From: Nemertoderma westbladi
Taxonomy: Eukaryota > Animalia > Xenacoelomorpha
Length of the DNA: 39,620 nt
Assembly (NCBI GenBank): GCA_032718475.1
Contig: JAUCBJ010000846.1
Location: 1-39,620, forward strand
Reading direction: 5' to 3'
Shown here: positions 10,302 to 22,124 of the stretch, in pieces
Layout: the number at the start of each line of letters is the position of its first letter
Numbering within the stretch: the first letter of the stretch is position 1
Program-made: the position numbers and the translations under genes
The notes under the pieces: model-generated
Told to the model about the DNA's origin: nothing
Databases searched by the model: none
The model's input: the letters and a program-made list of their open reading frames with translations, nothing else

Positions 10302-10643
10302 GTAAGTTATTATTTTACATTATTTTATAAAACTATTTGAGATGTTTGGCTGTTAACATGCGTAAGAGGCTTTAAAATGCTTTGTGTGGCATTTTATGTT
10401 CTAAAAAATTGTAGTATCTATCAATTTGTAGAACCGCCCGCTTTTAGGTATTATTGTGAAAAGACGATGGCGAAATTGCAATTGAAATACAATTATTACA
10501 CCACTCCTAATACACAATACTGAAGATACCCTGCGGACGTTTAAGATAAAGACACACATAAGTATAATAAGTACACAGGTTTCCCATATTACAGTAATAA
10601 TATTAATCTAATTTAGTTTCTTAAATTAACTTTATATTATTAG

Positions 10644-10990
10644 ATGCGACTATTTGGAGGATTGCGATGATGGTTCTGATGAGCAGTTTTGCGGTTGGAT
10701 AAACATTGTTGAACATCCCTTAATTAGTTCGAGAGGTGCGATACCTCCATCGGAATGGTGTAAATCAGATATACAACTGGTTGATCGCATCAATTCCATC
10801 AAATGCCAACCCCAACAAACCTGCAGCGTTGGTGTGGCAATCAATGGATATCCAAAATTGTTGGTTCCAAACTCTGCTGTTTGTGATGTTTACAAAGATT
10901 GCTTTCAATCCGAAAGTTTTTCTCCTCAGGACGAAACTAGTGATGCTTGTTCTATACTTCCATCGTGGTCTAGCCCGAAGTCTTCCAATG
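10644..10990 (+). CDS. Secreted LDLa-like protein, exon 2
   Basis: Acceptor TTATTAG; splicing restores AFR|CDYLEDCDDGSDEQFC; further module CDVYKDC...QDE; donor GTTAGT, phase 1. Confidence 0.85.
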
Positions 10991-11279
10991 GTTAGTTTAA
11001 TAGATTATAACATTGCTGCAACATTTGATCATTCGTTTTGTGGTGACGTCACGGCAGCAACACTTTGTGAGTCGAACGTATTGCGAGTGATTGTCGCACA
11101 GCAGTAGGGTGACGGTTCAGTGGTATCTGATAAAAACATTAGTTTTGTAATTAAATTATATTTAATTAACATTGTTATTTACAATAAATTTTATTAATTT
11201 TATTTATTCAAATTACACCAATTGCATTATAGGCCAGTTGCATTTCAATAAGTTAATATTAAAGTGTTTTTTTTTTCAG

Positions 11280-12007
11280 GACTATTAGAACAATGTGGAG
11301 CGAACGCTGATCCCTGGACTTTGGTTCAATCTTCTACTTGGTGTTCTAGTGGGGTCGGTTTCCCTGCACTAGGTTCCGAAACCATCTCACTGCGGTGCGT
11401 TCCTTTACCCGAATGTCGGGAAGGCGTTCCACAATCGACACCCCTACAAGCGAGTTTCTACCAGTGTAATGGAGCTTACGATTGTGTGGACCACTCTGAC
11501 GAGTTGTGTCAAGTTTGTGTTCATAAAACGCAGGAGTGCAGCCCGCCCGCCCCACCGACAACGACACCGGTACCCACCCCTGGACCCACTGTTCCACCAC
11601 CAGTACAGAGTGAGAAGCAATGCTACCAATGGAACTACCATTGCACACTGACAAAGAAATCCAGAACCGACTCCAACCCTATTATTACTTGCGTTGACTC
11701 CAGCAATAGAGTCTTAGATCCATCCATTGTAGATATGAAGGGAGCATCTTTATGTAAACCGGAGACCTCCTGTTATAGATTCATTGATTATGCGCAGAAC
11801 ACAGATGGGACATTATTTACCTTGACATCTGTGGCGGGATGCGACACTCATTGTAACAATGAGGAATTCGTTCACTACCTGAAAGACGACAATCCTTGTC
11901 GAAGTTACTTACCTGAGTTTGCCGGTCTGAGTGACGCCAATCTTTGTCTTCGTGTCTGCTGTGCAGCGATGGAAGACGAGTCGTGTAATAAAGTCACCTA
12001 CCCATAA
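11280..12007 (+). CDS. Secreted LDLa-like protein, exon 3 (LDLa module, Pro/Thr linker, Ly6/uPAR-like Cys domain, stop)
   Basis: Acceptor T(n)CAG, phase 1; CNGAYDCVDHSDELC; PPAPPTTTPVPTP; CYQ...CCAAMEDESCN; ATTAAA at 12085. The spliced CDS is 1602 nt, i.e. 533 aa. Confidence 0.85.
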
Positions 12008-13602
12008 TTCACATTCTATGTTTTATTAGTTGATTTCTTGGCATGCATTCTATTGTAATGACTTGTCACTTTAAATATTTACACATTAAATATTATATTA
12101 AATTAAATTTCTGTGAAATTAAACAGTCGACCTGCTACATAGGTTATTCAGACATCAGCATTCGATATTTTTTTCCAACATGCTGTGAACATTTTATTTA
12201 ATTACAGACTTTCTTTATTTAATGGTCTTGTTTGTATTTATTATTGTTACGATTTTGGCATGGTAATCACTTTGTGAGATTTAAAGATGTTAAGTTGAAA
12301 ATTTAGAAATTTCAATAGGTTCAAAAGTAAAGCAGTTTGCCAGTCATTCTCATTCAAACATATCAGTTCACATTTTGCTGCAAGAGGACCTAAATTATAA
12401 TTATTCTCTCATGTATTTGTTTTAAATTCTTCAAGCTAAAACTTACAGATAGTGGGGGTGGGGGGGGGGGTGGAAAGGGGCAGGTTATAGAGACTGCTTT
12501 TTCTAACCAAAACAATAAACGATGTTGTTACCAATTGAGGGAAAGGAGCAGGTTACTGAGACAGCTGTTTCTAACCAAAACAATAATTGTTTACTGGGCG
12601 AAGATTACCTGCGGGCGAAGGTTTCCGCCAGGAGATAGTTTCTCATTTTGAGGGCGAAGATTGCCGAACCTACCTAGTCTGCTCATATTATGATTGGTAA
12701 TCCTTTCCATTGAAAATGAAAATACGATTTCTTCTTGCTATTAAGATATTAACTTAGATATTGGTATAAGTCTCGATTTATTTAGTTGTTATAGAAACTC
12801 AGTACATCTATTTGTGTTTTACCGCAGTTTCCCCCAATAAGATATTTTAGTGTTCTAACTGGTTCCATTTTTAGAACTTCTTAAATAGCAGATATTATAT
12901 AGTCTTTGGTTTATATAGTCGCGATGTATTTACAAATGTTGGAGCCCGTAAAAATTTCTATTTACAGCATCAAAATAATTTACAGTTGTTCTGTCGGTCT
13001 GTCTTTCAACAAATATTCGAAAAGTGAATAACTCATTCAACTGTTTAATGAAATTAAGCCATACTTTGTACGCATGAAGTCTGACAAAATTTTTAAGTAT
13101 GATTTGCGTGAGTGGTCTCCCTCTAGAGGACGGCTTGGCAACTGTTACCCGTGTGGTAATCTGTATAAAAAAAATCATAAAGAAAATGCGAGAACAAGAA
13201 GTGTAAAATAAACGTAAAAGTAAGTGTAAAAATTACAGGCTGAACACCTTGTATCGTATCCACTCCTTTTCTATGAATTAACACCTAGATATATAATACT
13301 GTTTGTTATGTTGGTAAGTTAAGAGGTATTTCATACAAAAGTCTCTAAATACCAAAAGTCTATTGTGGGGCGAGTAAAATGATAACTGTTCGCTGATGAT
13401 GACTTACAGTTGTGCTGCACGATTTATATAATATGGAATCATGTTGTTTCCTAACCAAAACAATAAACGAGACATGAGGTCAATTTACGCCACTATATCT
13501 GAGGGATTTAAGGTGTTTGGTTCCAATCAGTTTGTAGGCCAAGAAGAACTAGTTCCCCACGTTTCTTACTTTCAGCTGTTAGTTGTACATTTATGTTTGC
13601 AG

Positions 13603-13771
13603 CTGGTCGAAGGGATATCCAAATTGATTCATTGCCTTCATCCCCGCGGAATCTTGCCAGCCCCAAACCAGCACAGAGTCGCAAAGTGTATCTATCCTGG
13701 GAACAACCCCTAGCAACCAATCACGAAATAATCAAATACAGTGTTTACTTCTCTGTTGATGGATCACTAAG
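13603..13771 (+). CDS. NEO1: Neogenin/DCC/Frazzled exon, FN3-1 first half
   Basis: TTTGCAG acceptor, phase 1; LPSSPRNL...LSWEQP...YSVYFSVDGSLR aligns with DCC-family FN1. Confidence 0.85.
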
Positions 13772-13934
13772 GTTGGTTTTATTCTGTAGTTTTTATTTGT
13801 AGGTTCAGTTTTTACTTTATAAGTTTTTACTTCACTCTATAACTATAATTGTACATTTCAACACTTAAGCGTTATACGCGAAATATTGAATTTTTTTGTG
13901 TAATTAATGTGTTTCCCATTAATTTGTATTCCAG

Positions 13935-14080
13935 AGAACGGATAATGAATACATCCCAGACAAATATATATGTAGACAGTCTTCGACCTGATACCATTTA
14001 CACATTCAAAGTGACCGCGTTCAACCAATACGGGGAGAGTGAGGCATCTATTCCGTTGACTATTGTTACACCAGAAGAAA
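13935..14080 (+). CDS. NEO1: Neogenin/DCC exon, FN3-1 second half
   Basis: ERIMNTS...LRPDTIYTFKVTAFNQYGESEAS; GTGAGT donor. Confidence 0.9.
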
Positions 14081-14583
14081 GTGAGTGAATGTAATGGAAT
14101 TACCATTACGGGCCAGTATATTATTATTACCAGTATAATTATATTTTCAAGAATTCCGCATTTTCCAGATTGTGTTAAATTTTTACATTCAGATCTTTAC
14201 ACTTTTGAACCTCCTGTCATAATGAGCACGCCAGTATATTTATATTGTCGCCAATAAGAAAAACTATGGTTGACAACAATTTTTTTGATAATTTAACATG
14301 ATTTACGTAAAAAATTGCAACATGTTATCTTATTTTGCGATTTCTCAAAACTTGAAAAACCATAGTTTTTGAATTTTTAGCTACTTAAGGGCGGGGGGGG
14401 GGGGGGGGGTAGGTAGGTAGTCCCCCATATTTTTAAATTGTAAACAAAATTAATACCCTATCCGAAAAAAATTTATGTGTCGTTAACCGAACAATCAGGA
14501 AGTTAAGTCGAAAGGCATCTTAAGTTTGCGTTGTATTAATTCCTCGAATAGCCAATGTTACGCTCGTATTTTATCCGTTTAAG

Positions 14584-14690
14584 GGACCATTCCCAAGCCT
14601 GTGATTGGTCTACGTGCCGTTACCAAGTCATCCACTTCTATTGAACTAAGTTGGTTGCCTCCTGATTCGCCATCAACTCCAATAATTGAT
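14584..14690 (+). CDS. NEO1: Neogenin/DCC exon, FN3-2 first half (absent from the ORF track)
   Basis: TIPKPVIGLRAVTKSSTSIELSWLPPDSPSTPIID; TTTAAG acceptor, GTAAGT donor; phases fit both neighbours. Confidence 0.88.
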
Positions 14691-14716
14691 GTAAGTTAAT
14701 AATGTAATATAGCTAG

Positions 14717-15678
14717 TTCTTTATCTCACAGTTACGTTAACTTTATTTATCTCATGCTCAGGGTACAGTTACTTTATCTCACATGTATATATTTATTTTA
14801 TCTCTTAATACTGTTTATTTACTTTATATGTTAGCACCTTTTACTTTATATGTTAGCACCTTTTACTTTATATGTTAGCACCTTTTACTTTATCTCACTG
14901 TGGATACTTTATCTCATGTAATGTATACATTATCCTGTAGATGTTTTCATTGCGTTATACATTATCCCTGTTTTCGTTTTACTTTTTATCACTGTTCCCG
15001 TTTAATGACAGATGGACTTATTCTATACATTATGCCTAACAGTAGATGATGCAGTATTGTTGCTTGGTGACGGGTTGTGACAGAGTCTAGTTGCTAAGCT
15101 ACAAGGACTTCTTATCACTTTAACAGTGCTGTTTACTTTATCACTTTACCGTTTACTTTATGTCACTGTACCGTTTACTTTATATCACTGTATCGCTTAC
15201 TTTATTTCGCAGTGCTGTTTACTTTATATCACCGTAGAGTTTACTTTATCTCACAGTGCTGTTTACTTTATCTCGTAGCACTGTTTATTTTGTATATCAC
15301 AGTAGTGTTTACTTTATCTCACAGTGCTGTTTACTTTATCTCACAGTGCTGTTTACTTTAGATCAATGTACCGTTTACTTTATCTCACAGTGCTGTTTAC
15401 TTTATATCACTGTAACGCTCAGTTTATCTCACAGTGCTGTTTACTTTATCTCACAGTGCTGTTTACTTTATCACACAGTGCTGTTTACTTTATCTCGTAG
15501 CACTGTTTATTTTGTATATCACAGTAGTGTTTACTTTATCTCACAGTGCTGTTTACTTTATCTAACAGCGCTGTTTACTTTATCTCACAGTGCTGTTTAC
15601 TTTATATCAATGTACCGTTTACTTTATCTCACAGTGCTGTTTACTTTATCTCACTGTAACGTTTACTTTATCTCACAG
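14717..15678 (+). repeat. 22-bp intronic tandem repeat ending in the splice acceptor (TGCTGTTTACTTTATCTCACAG)
   Basis: ~25 well-conserved units at ~15120-15678, with degenerate relatives at 14717-14920 (including 3 x TTTTACTTTATATGTTAGCACC). Confidence 0.9.
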
Positions 15679-15868
15679 TACACGGTTTCATATAAACGAC
15701 CGGGGGACGACTCTGAGATGGACATGGTTGTTACCCACCCGTCTGTTGTCATAGACCAAGGTCTCACGCCGTTTACAGAGTATTCCTTCCGAGTTATCGC
15801 TAAAAACAAATACGGCTCTGCAGCCATGACAGCGGCTAATGAAGTAACAGCGAGAACGGACCCAGCTG
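15679..15868 (+). CDS. NEO1: Neogenin/DCC exon, FN3-2 second half
   Basis: YTVSYK...GLTPFTEYSFRVIAKNKYG...TARTDPA; phase 0 in, phase 1 out; donor GTTAGT. Confidence 0.9.
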
Positions 15869-18800
15869 GTTAGTACAGCCATAACAGTGGCTAATGAAGT
15901 AACAGCGAGAACGGACCCAGCTGGTTAGTACAGCCATAACAGCGGCTAATGAAGTAACAGCGAGAACGGACCCAGCTGGTTAGTACAGCCATAACAGCGG
16001 CTAATGAAGTAACAGCGAGAACGGACCCAGCTGGTTAGTACAGCCATAACAGCGAGAACGGACCCAGCTGGTTAGTACAGCCATAACAGCGGTTAAGGAA
16101 GTAACAGCGAGAACGGACCCAGCTGGTTAGTACAGCCATAACAGTGAGAACGGACCCAGCTGGTTAGTACATCCATAACAGCGGTTAAGGAAGTAACAGC
16201 GAGAACGGACCCAGCTGGTTAGTACAGCCATAACAGCGGTTAAGGAAGTAACAGCGAGAACGGACCCAGCTGGTTAGTACAGCCATAACAGTGGCTAAGG
16301 AAGTAACAGCGAGAACGGACCCAGCTGGTTAGTACAGCCATAACAGCGGCTAATGAAGTAACAGCGAGAACGGACCCAGCTGGTTAGTACAGCCATAACA
16401 GCGGCTAATGAAGTAACAGCGAGAACGGACCCAGCTGGTTAGTACAGCCATAACAGCGGTTAAGGAAGTAACAGCGAGAACGGACCCAGCTGGTTAGTAC
16501 AGCCATAACAGTGAGAACGGACCCAGCTGGTTAGTACATCCATAACAGCGGTTAAGGAAGTAACAGCGAGAACGGACCCAGCTGGTTAGTACAGCCATAA
16601 CAGCGGTTAAGGAAGTAACAGCGAGAACGGACCCAGCTGGTTAGTACAGCCATAACAGTGGCTAATGAAGTAACAGCGAGAACGGACCCAGCTGGTTAGT
16701 ACAGCCATAACAGTGAGAACGGACCCAGCTGGTTAGTACATCCATAACAGCGGTTAAGGAAGTAACAGCGAGAACGGACCCAGCTGGTTAGTACAGCCAT
16801 AACAGTGGCTAATGAAGTAACAGCGAGAACGGACCCAGCTGGTTAGTACAGCCATAACAGCGGCTAATGAAGTAACAGCGAGAACGGACCCAGCTGGTTA
16901 GTACAGCCATAACAGCGGCTAATGAAGTAACAGCGAGAACGGACCCAGCTGGTTAGTACAGCCATAACAGCGGTTAAGGAAGTAACAGCGAGAACGGACC
17001 CAGCTGGTTAGTACAGCCATAACAGTGAGAACGGACCCAGCTGGTTAGTACATCCATAACAGCGGTTAAGGAAGTAACAGCGAGAACGGACCCAGCTGGT
17101 TAGTACAGCCATAACAGCGGTTAAGGAAGTAACAGCGAGAACGGACCCAGCTGGTTAGTACAGCCATAACAGCGGTTAAGGAAGTAACAGCGAGAACGGA
17201 CCCAGCTGGTTAGTACAGCCATAACAGTGGCTAATGAAGTAACAGCGAGAACGGACCCAGCTGGTTAGTACAGCCATAACAGTGGCTAATGAAGTAACAG
17301 CGAGAACGGACCCAGCTGGTTAGTACAGCCATAACAGCGGTTAAGGAAGTAACAGCGAGAACGGACCCAGCTGGTTAGTACAGCCATAACAGTGAGAACG
17401 GACCCAGCTGGTTAGTACATCCATAACAGCGGTTAAGGAAGTAACAGCGAGAACGGACCCAGCTGGTTAGTACAGCCATAACAGCGGTTAAGGAAGTAAC
17501 AGCGAGAACGGACCCAGCTGGTTAGTACAGCCATAACAGCGGTTAAGGAAGTAACAGCGAGAACGGACCCAGCTGGTTAGTACAGCCATAACAGTGGCTA
17601 ATGAAGTAACAGCGAGAACGGACCCAGCTGGTTAGTACAGCCATAACAGCGGCTAATGAAGTAACAGCGAGAACGGACCCAGCTGGTTAGTACAGCCATA
17701 ACAGCGGCTAATGAAGTAACAGCGAGAACGGACCCAGCTGGTTAGTACAGCCATAACAGCGGTTAAGGAAGTAACAGCGAGAACGGACCCAGCTGGTTAG
17801 TACAGCCATAACAGTGGCTAATGAAGTAACAGCGAGAACGGACCCAGCTGGTTAGTACAGCCATAACAGCGGTTAAGGAAGTAACAGCGAGAACGGACCC
17901 AGCTGGTTAGTACAGCCATAACAGTGAGAACGGACCCAGCTGGTTAGTACATCCATAACAGCGGTTAAGGAAGTAACAGCGAGAACGGACCCAGCTGGTT
18001 AGTACAGCCATAACAGCGGTTAAGGAAGTAACAGCGAGAACGGACCCAGCTGGTTAGTACAGCCATAACAGCGGTTAAGGAAGTAACAGCGAGAACGGAC
18101 CCAGCTGGTTAGTACAGCCATAACAGCGGTTAAGGAAGTAACAGCGAGAACGGACCCAGCTGGTTAGTACAGCCATAACAGTGAGAACGGACCCAGCTGG
18201 TTAGTACATCCATAACAGCGGTTAAGGAAGTAACAGCGAGAACGGACCCAGCTGGTTAGTACAGCCATAACAGCGGTTAAGGAAGTAACAGCGAGAACGG
18301 ACCCAGCTGGTTAGTACAGCCATAACAGCGGTTAAGGAAGTAACAGCGAGAACGGACCCAGCTGGTTAGTACAGCCATAACAGTGGCTAATGAAGTAACA
18401 GCGAGAACGGACCCAGCTGGTTAGTACAGCCATAACAGCGGCTAATGAAGTAACAGCGAGAACGGACCCAGCTGGTTAGTACAGCCATAACAGCGGCTAA
18501 TGAAGTAACAGCGAGAACGGACCCAGCTGGTTAGTACAGCCATAACAGCGGTTAAGGAAGTAACAGCGAGAACGGACCCAGCTGGTTAGTACAGCCATAA
18601 CAGTGGCTAATGAAGTAACAGCGAGAACGGACCCAGCTGGTTAGTACAGCCATAACAGCGGTTAAGGAAGTAACAGCGAGAACGGACCCAGCTGGTTAGT
18701 ACAGCCATAACAGTGAGAACGGACCCAGCTGGTTAGTACAGCCATAACAGTGGCTAATGAAGTAACAGCGAGAACGGACCCAGCTGGTTAGTACAGCCAT

Positions 18801-20814
18801 AACAGCGGTTAAGGAAGTAACAGCGAGAACGGACCCAGCTGGTTAGTACAGCCATAACAGTGAGAACGGACCCAGCTGGTTAGTACATCCATAACAGCGG
18901 TTAAGGAAGTAACAGCGAGAACGGACCCAACTGGTTAGTACAGCCATAACAGCGGTTAAGGAAGTAACAGCGAGAACGGACCCAGCTGGTTAGTACAGCC
19001 ATAACAGCGGTTAAGGAAGTAACAGCGAGAACGGACCCAGCTGGTTAGTACAGCCATAACAGTGGCTAATGAAGTAACAGCGAGAACGGACCCAGCTGGT
19101 TAGTACAGCCATAACAGCGGCTAATGAAGTAACAGCGAGAACGGACCCAGCTGGTTAGTACAGCCATAACAGCGGCTAATGAAGTAACAGCGAGAACGGA
19201 CCCAGCTGGTTAGTACAGCCATAACAGGGGTTAAGGAAGTAACAGCGAGAACGGACCCAGCTGGTTAGTACAGCCATAACAGCGGCTAATGAAGTAACAG
19301 TGAGAACGGACCCAGCTGGTTAGTACAGCCATAACAGGGGTTAAGGAAGTAACAGCGAGAACGGACCCAGCTGGTTAGTACAGCCATAACAGGGGTTAAG
19401 GAAGTAACAGCGAGAACGGACCCAGCTGGTTAGTACAGCCATAACAGGGGTTAAGGAAGTAACAGCGAGAACGGACCCAGCTGGTTAGTACAGCCATAAC
19501 AGGGGTTAAGGAAGTAACAGCGAGAACGGACCCAGCTGGTTAGTACAGCCATAACAGCGGCTAATGAAGTAACAGCGAGAACGGACCCAGCTGGTTAGTA
19601 CAGCCATAACAGCGGCTAATGAAGTAACAGCTAGAACGGACCCAGCTGGTTAGTACAGCCATAACAGCGGCTAATGAAGTAACAGCGAGAACGGTCCCAG
19701 CTGGTTAGTACAGCCATAACAGCGGCTAATGAAGTAACAGCGAGAACGGACCCAGCTGGTTAGTACAGCCATAACAGCGGCTAATGAAGTAACAGCGAGA
19801 ACGGACCCAGCTGGTTAGTACAGCCATAACAGCGGTTAAGGAAGTAACAGCTAGAACGGACCCAGCTGGTTAGTACAGCCATAACAGTGGCTAAGGAAGT
19901 AACAGCGAGAACGGACCCAGCTGGTTAGTACAGCCATAACAGCGGCTAATGAAGTAACAGCGAGAACGGACCCAGCTGGTTAGTACAGCCATAACAGCGG
20001 CTAATGAAGTAACAGCGAAAACGGACCCAGCTGGTTAGTACAGCCATAACAGCGGCTAATGAAGTAACAGCGAGAAAGGACCCAGCTGGTTTAGTACAGC
20101 CATAACAGCGGCTAATGAAGTAACAGCGAGAACGGACCCAGCTGGTTAGTACATCCATAACAGCGGTTAAGGAAGTAACAGCGAGAACGGACCCAGCTGG
20201 TTAGTACAGCCATAACAGCGGCTAATGAAGTAACAGCGAGAAAGGACCCAGCTGGTTTAGTACAGCCATAACAGCGGCTAATGAAGTAACAGCGAGAACG
20301 GACCCAGCTGGTTAGTACATCCATAACAGCGGTTAAGGAAGTAACAGCGAGAACGGACCCAGCTGGTTAGTACAGCCATAACAGCGGCTAATGAAGTAAC
20401 AGCGAGAAAGGACCCAGCTGGTTAGTACAGCCATATCAGGGGTTAAGGATGTAACAGCGAGAACGGACCCAGCTGGTTAGTACAGCCATAACAGCGGCTA
20501 AGGAAGTAACAGCGAGAACGGACCCAGCTGGTTAGTACAGCCATAACAGCGGTTAAGGAAGTAACAGCGAGAACGGACCCAGCTGGTTAGTACAGCCATA
20601 ACAGCGGTTAAGGAAGTAACAGCTAGAACGGACCCAGCTGGTTAGTACAGCCATAACAGTGGCTAAGGAAGTAACAGCGAGAACGGACCCAGCTGGTTAG
20701 TACAGCCATAACAGCGGCTAATGAAGTAACAGCGAGAACGGACCCAGCTGGTTAGTACAGCCATAACAGCGGCTAATGAAGTAACAGCTAGAACGGACCC
20801 AGCTGGTTAGTACA
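15821..20814 (+). repeat. 55-bp tandem array (~94 units, about 10 of them 37-bp deletion variants) derived from the exon 3' end plus donor
   Basis: Unit CAGCCATAACAGCGGCTAATGAAGTAACAGCGAGAACGGACCCAGCTG|GTTAGTA; the first copy overlaps the exon. Confidence 0.97.
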
Positions 20815-21078
20815 AACAGTTAATGCGGCATTGCGAAACATTTAAACGGACGTGTGTGGGACGCTTCGCGCAGTACGTCAATAACAAAGCAGCAGGATAG
20901 TTTTCTACTAAACTGTTTCGTGTTCCTGTCGCAAACTAATCGTAATATAGTAGACACATACACACTACACAGACAGACATAAACTCACAAACAAGGACCC
21001 CATCCTCTAGGTAATAGTCGCTCCACATTATTTTTTTTTAATGTTGATTATTTGTGTAACTCGTCATCTTTCTTCCAG

Positions 21079-21216
21079 TTCCAGTCGGCGCACCGAGGGA
21101 CGTGACTCTGGAAGTTTTATCGTCGACTCAAATAAAAGTTAAATGGCGGACGCCGCCCGAGAATGAAAATAATGGACCGATTACACATTACAAGATTAAG
21201 TACAAAGTGGTTGGTG
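21079..21216 (+). CDS. NEO1: Neogenin/DCC exon, FN3-3 first half (absent from the ORF track)
   Basis: VPVGAPRDVTLEVLSSTQIKVKWRTPPENENNGPITHYKIKYK; TTCCAG acceptor, GTAAGT donor. Confidence 0.9.
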
Positions 21217-21578
21217 GTAAGTAATACTTAGACATATCATAATAATTAATGTCTCTATTGATATTATTTCTATATATCATGTGATAGACATTGGTACAAT
21301 GATAAAAGCTTTACTGTCAATGATAATGTGGCATTGCAAGTTTCATTTTTTATGTGTTTGTTTATATTTCGGTAAAATATCCTTGTTAAGACCAGCAGAC
21401 CAGTTCATATAAATGTAAAATGCATAAAAAGTTGCTTTTCTGCAATGATAAAACACATAAAACATTGGCTGCGCAATAGTAAAAGGTCTCGAAAGGATCT
21501 TTTTTATAGCGAGCTTTGGTTTTATATTTTTAAATTAATTAATATTATATAATGTAATTAATCTTGGTTTTGTTTCAG

Positions 21579-21752
21579 CTCCCAAGGATACCAATAAGGT
21601 GGTATCAACGGCCTCCAAAGTCCGCGAATACACTTTAACTAATCTCGATAAAGGGGAGACTTACGGGGTCAGAGTGATAGCCGTAAACAGCGTTGGTCAA
21701 GGGCCAGCCAGTAAAAACGAGCAAGCCAAGACATTCCACACGGACCTTAAAG
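21579..21752 (+). CDS. NEO1: Neogenin/DCC exon, FN3-3 second half
   Basis: YTLTNLDKGETYGVRVIAVNSVGQGPAS...TFHTDLK; TTTCAG acceptor, GTTCGT donor. Confidence 0.88.
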
Positions 21753-22124
21753 GTTCGTTATGGTCTATCATTGAATGCCCTTCCGTTCACAGCACAATGT
21801 TGTACGGGACAAGGGCTAAACTAATATTTAGTGAATTAGCAGTAACTAGTTACATCGGAGTGATTTGATTAAAGAAGAGTCTTTGCCGACTGACTTAAAT
21901 ATATTTAGTAAACCTGATTTTCTTATGGCTATAATTATTATGTTGTTTACCATTGATTGTCATCTGGATTTTATTAACAAATTTAATTGTCATAGACCTA
22001 GCCTACAAAATTTCGTTCGCATTAGGAGAATTAGGAGAAAATTATTTATTAGGACATTACGATTTTATTTTTCAATTTTTTTATTTTAATCTACGAATGT
22101 TATTGTTTCTCTTCCCTCACATAG

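Noticed and set aside
15256-15678. Hydrophobic N-terminal part of the 205-aa ORF
   Set aside because: Translation of the 22-bp intronic repeat; only 15679-15868 encodes FN3 sequence.
15821-20814. CRISPR-like array
   Set aside because: Units are contiguous with no unique spacers, there are no cas genes, and the context is a eukaryotic intron.
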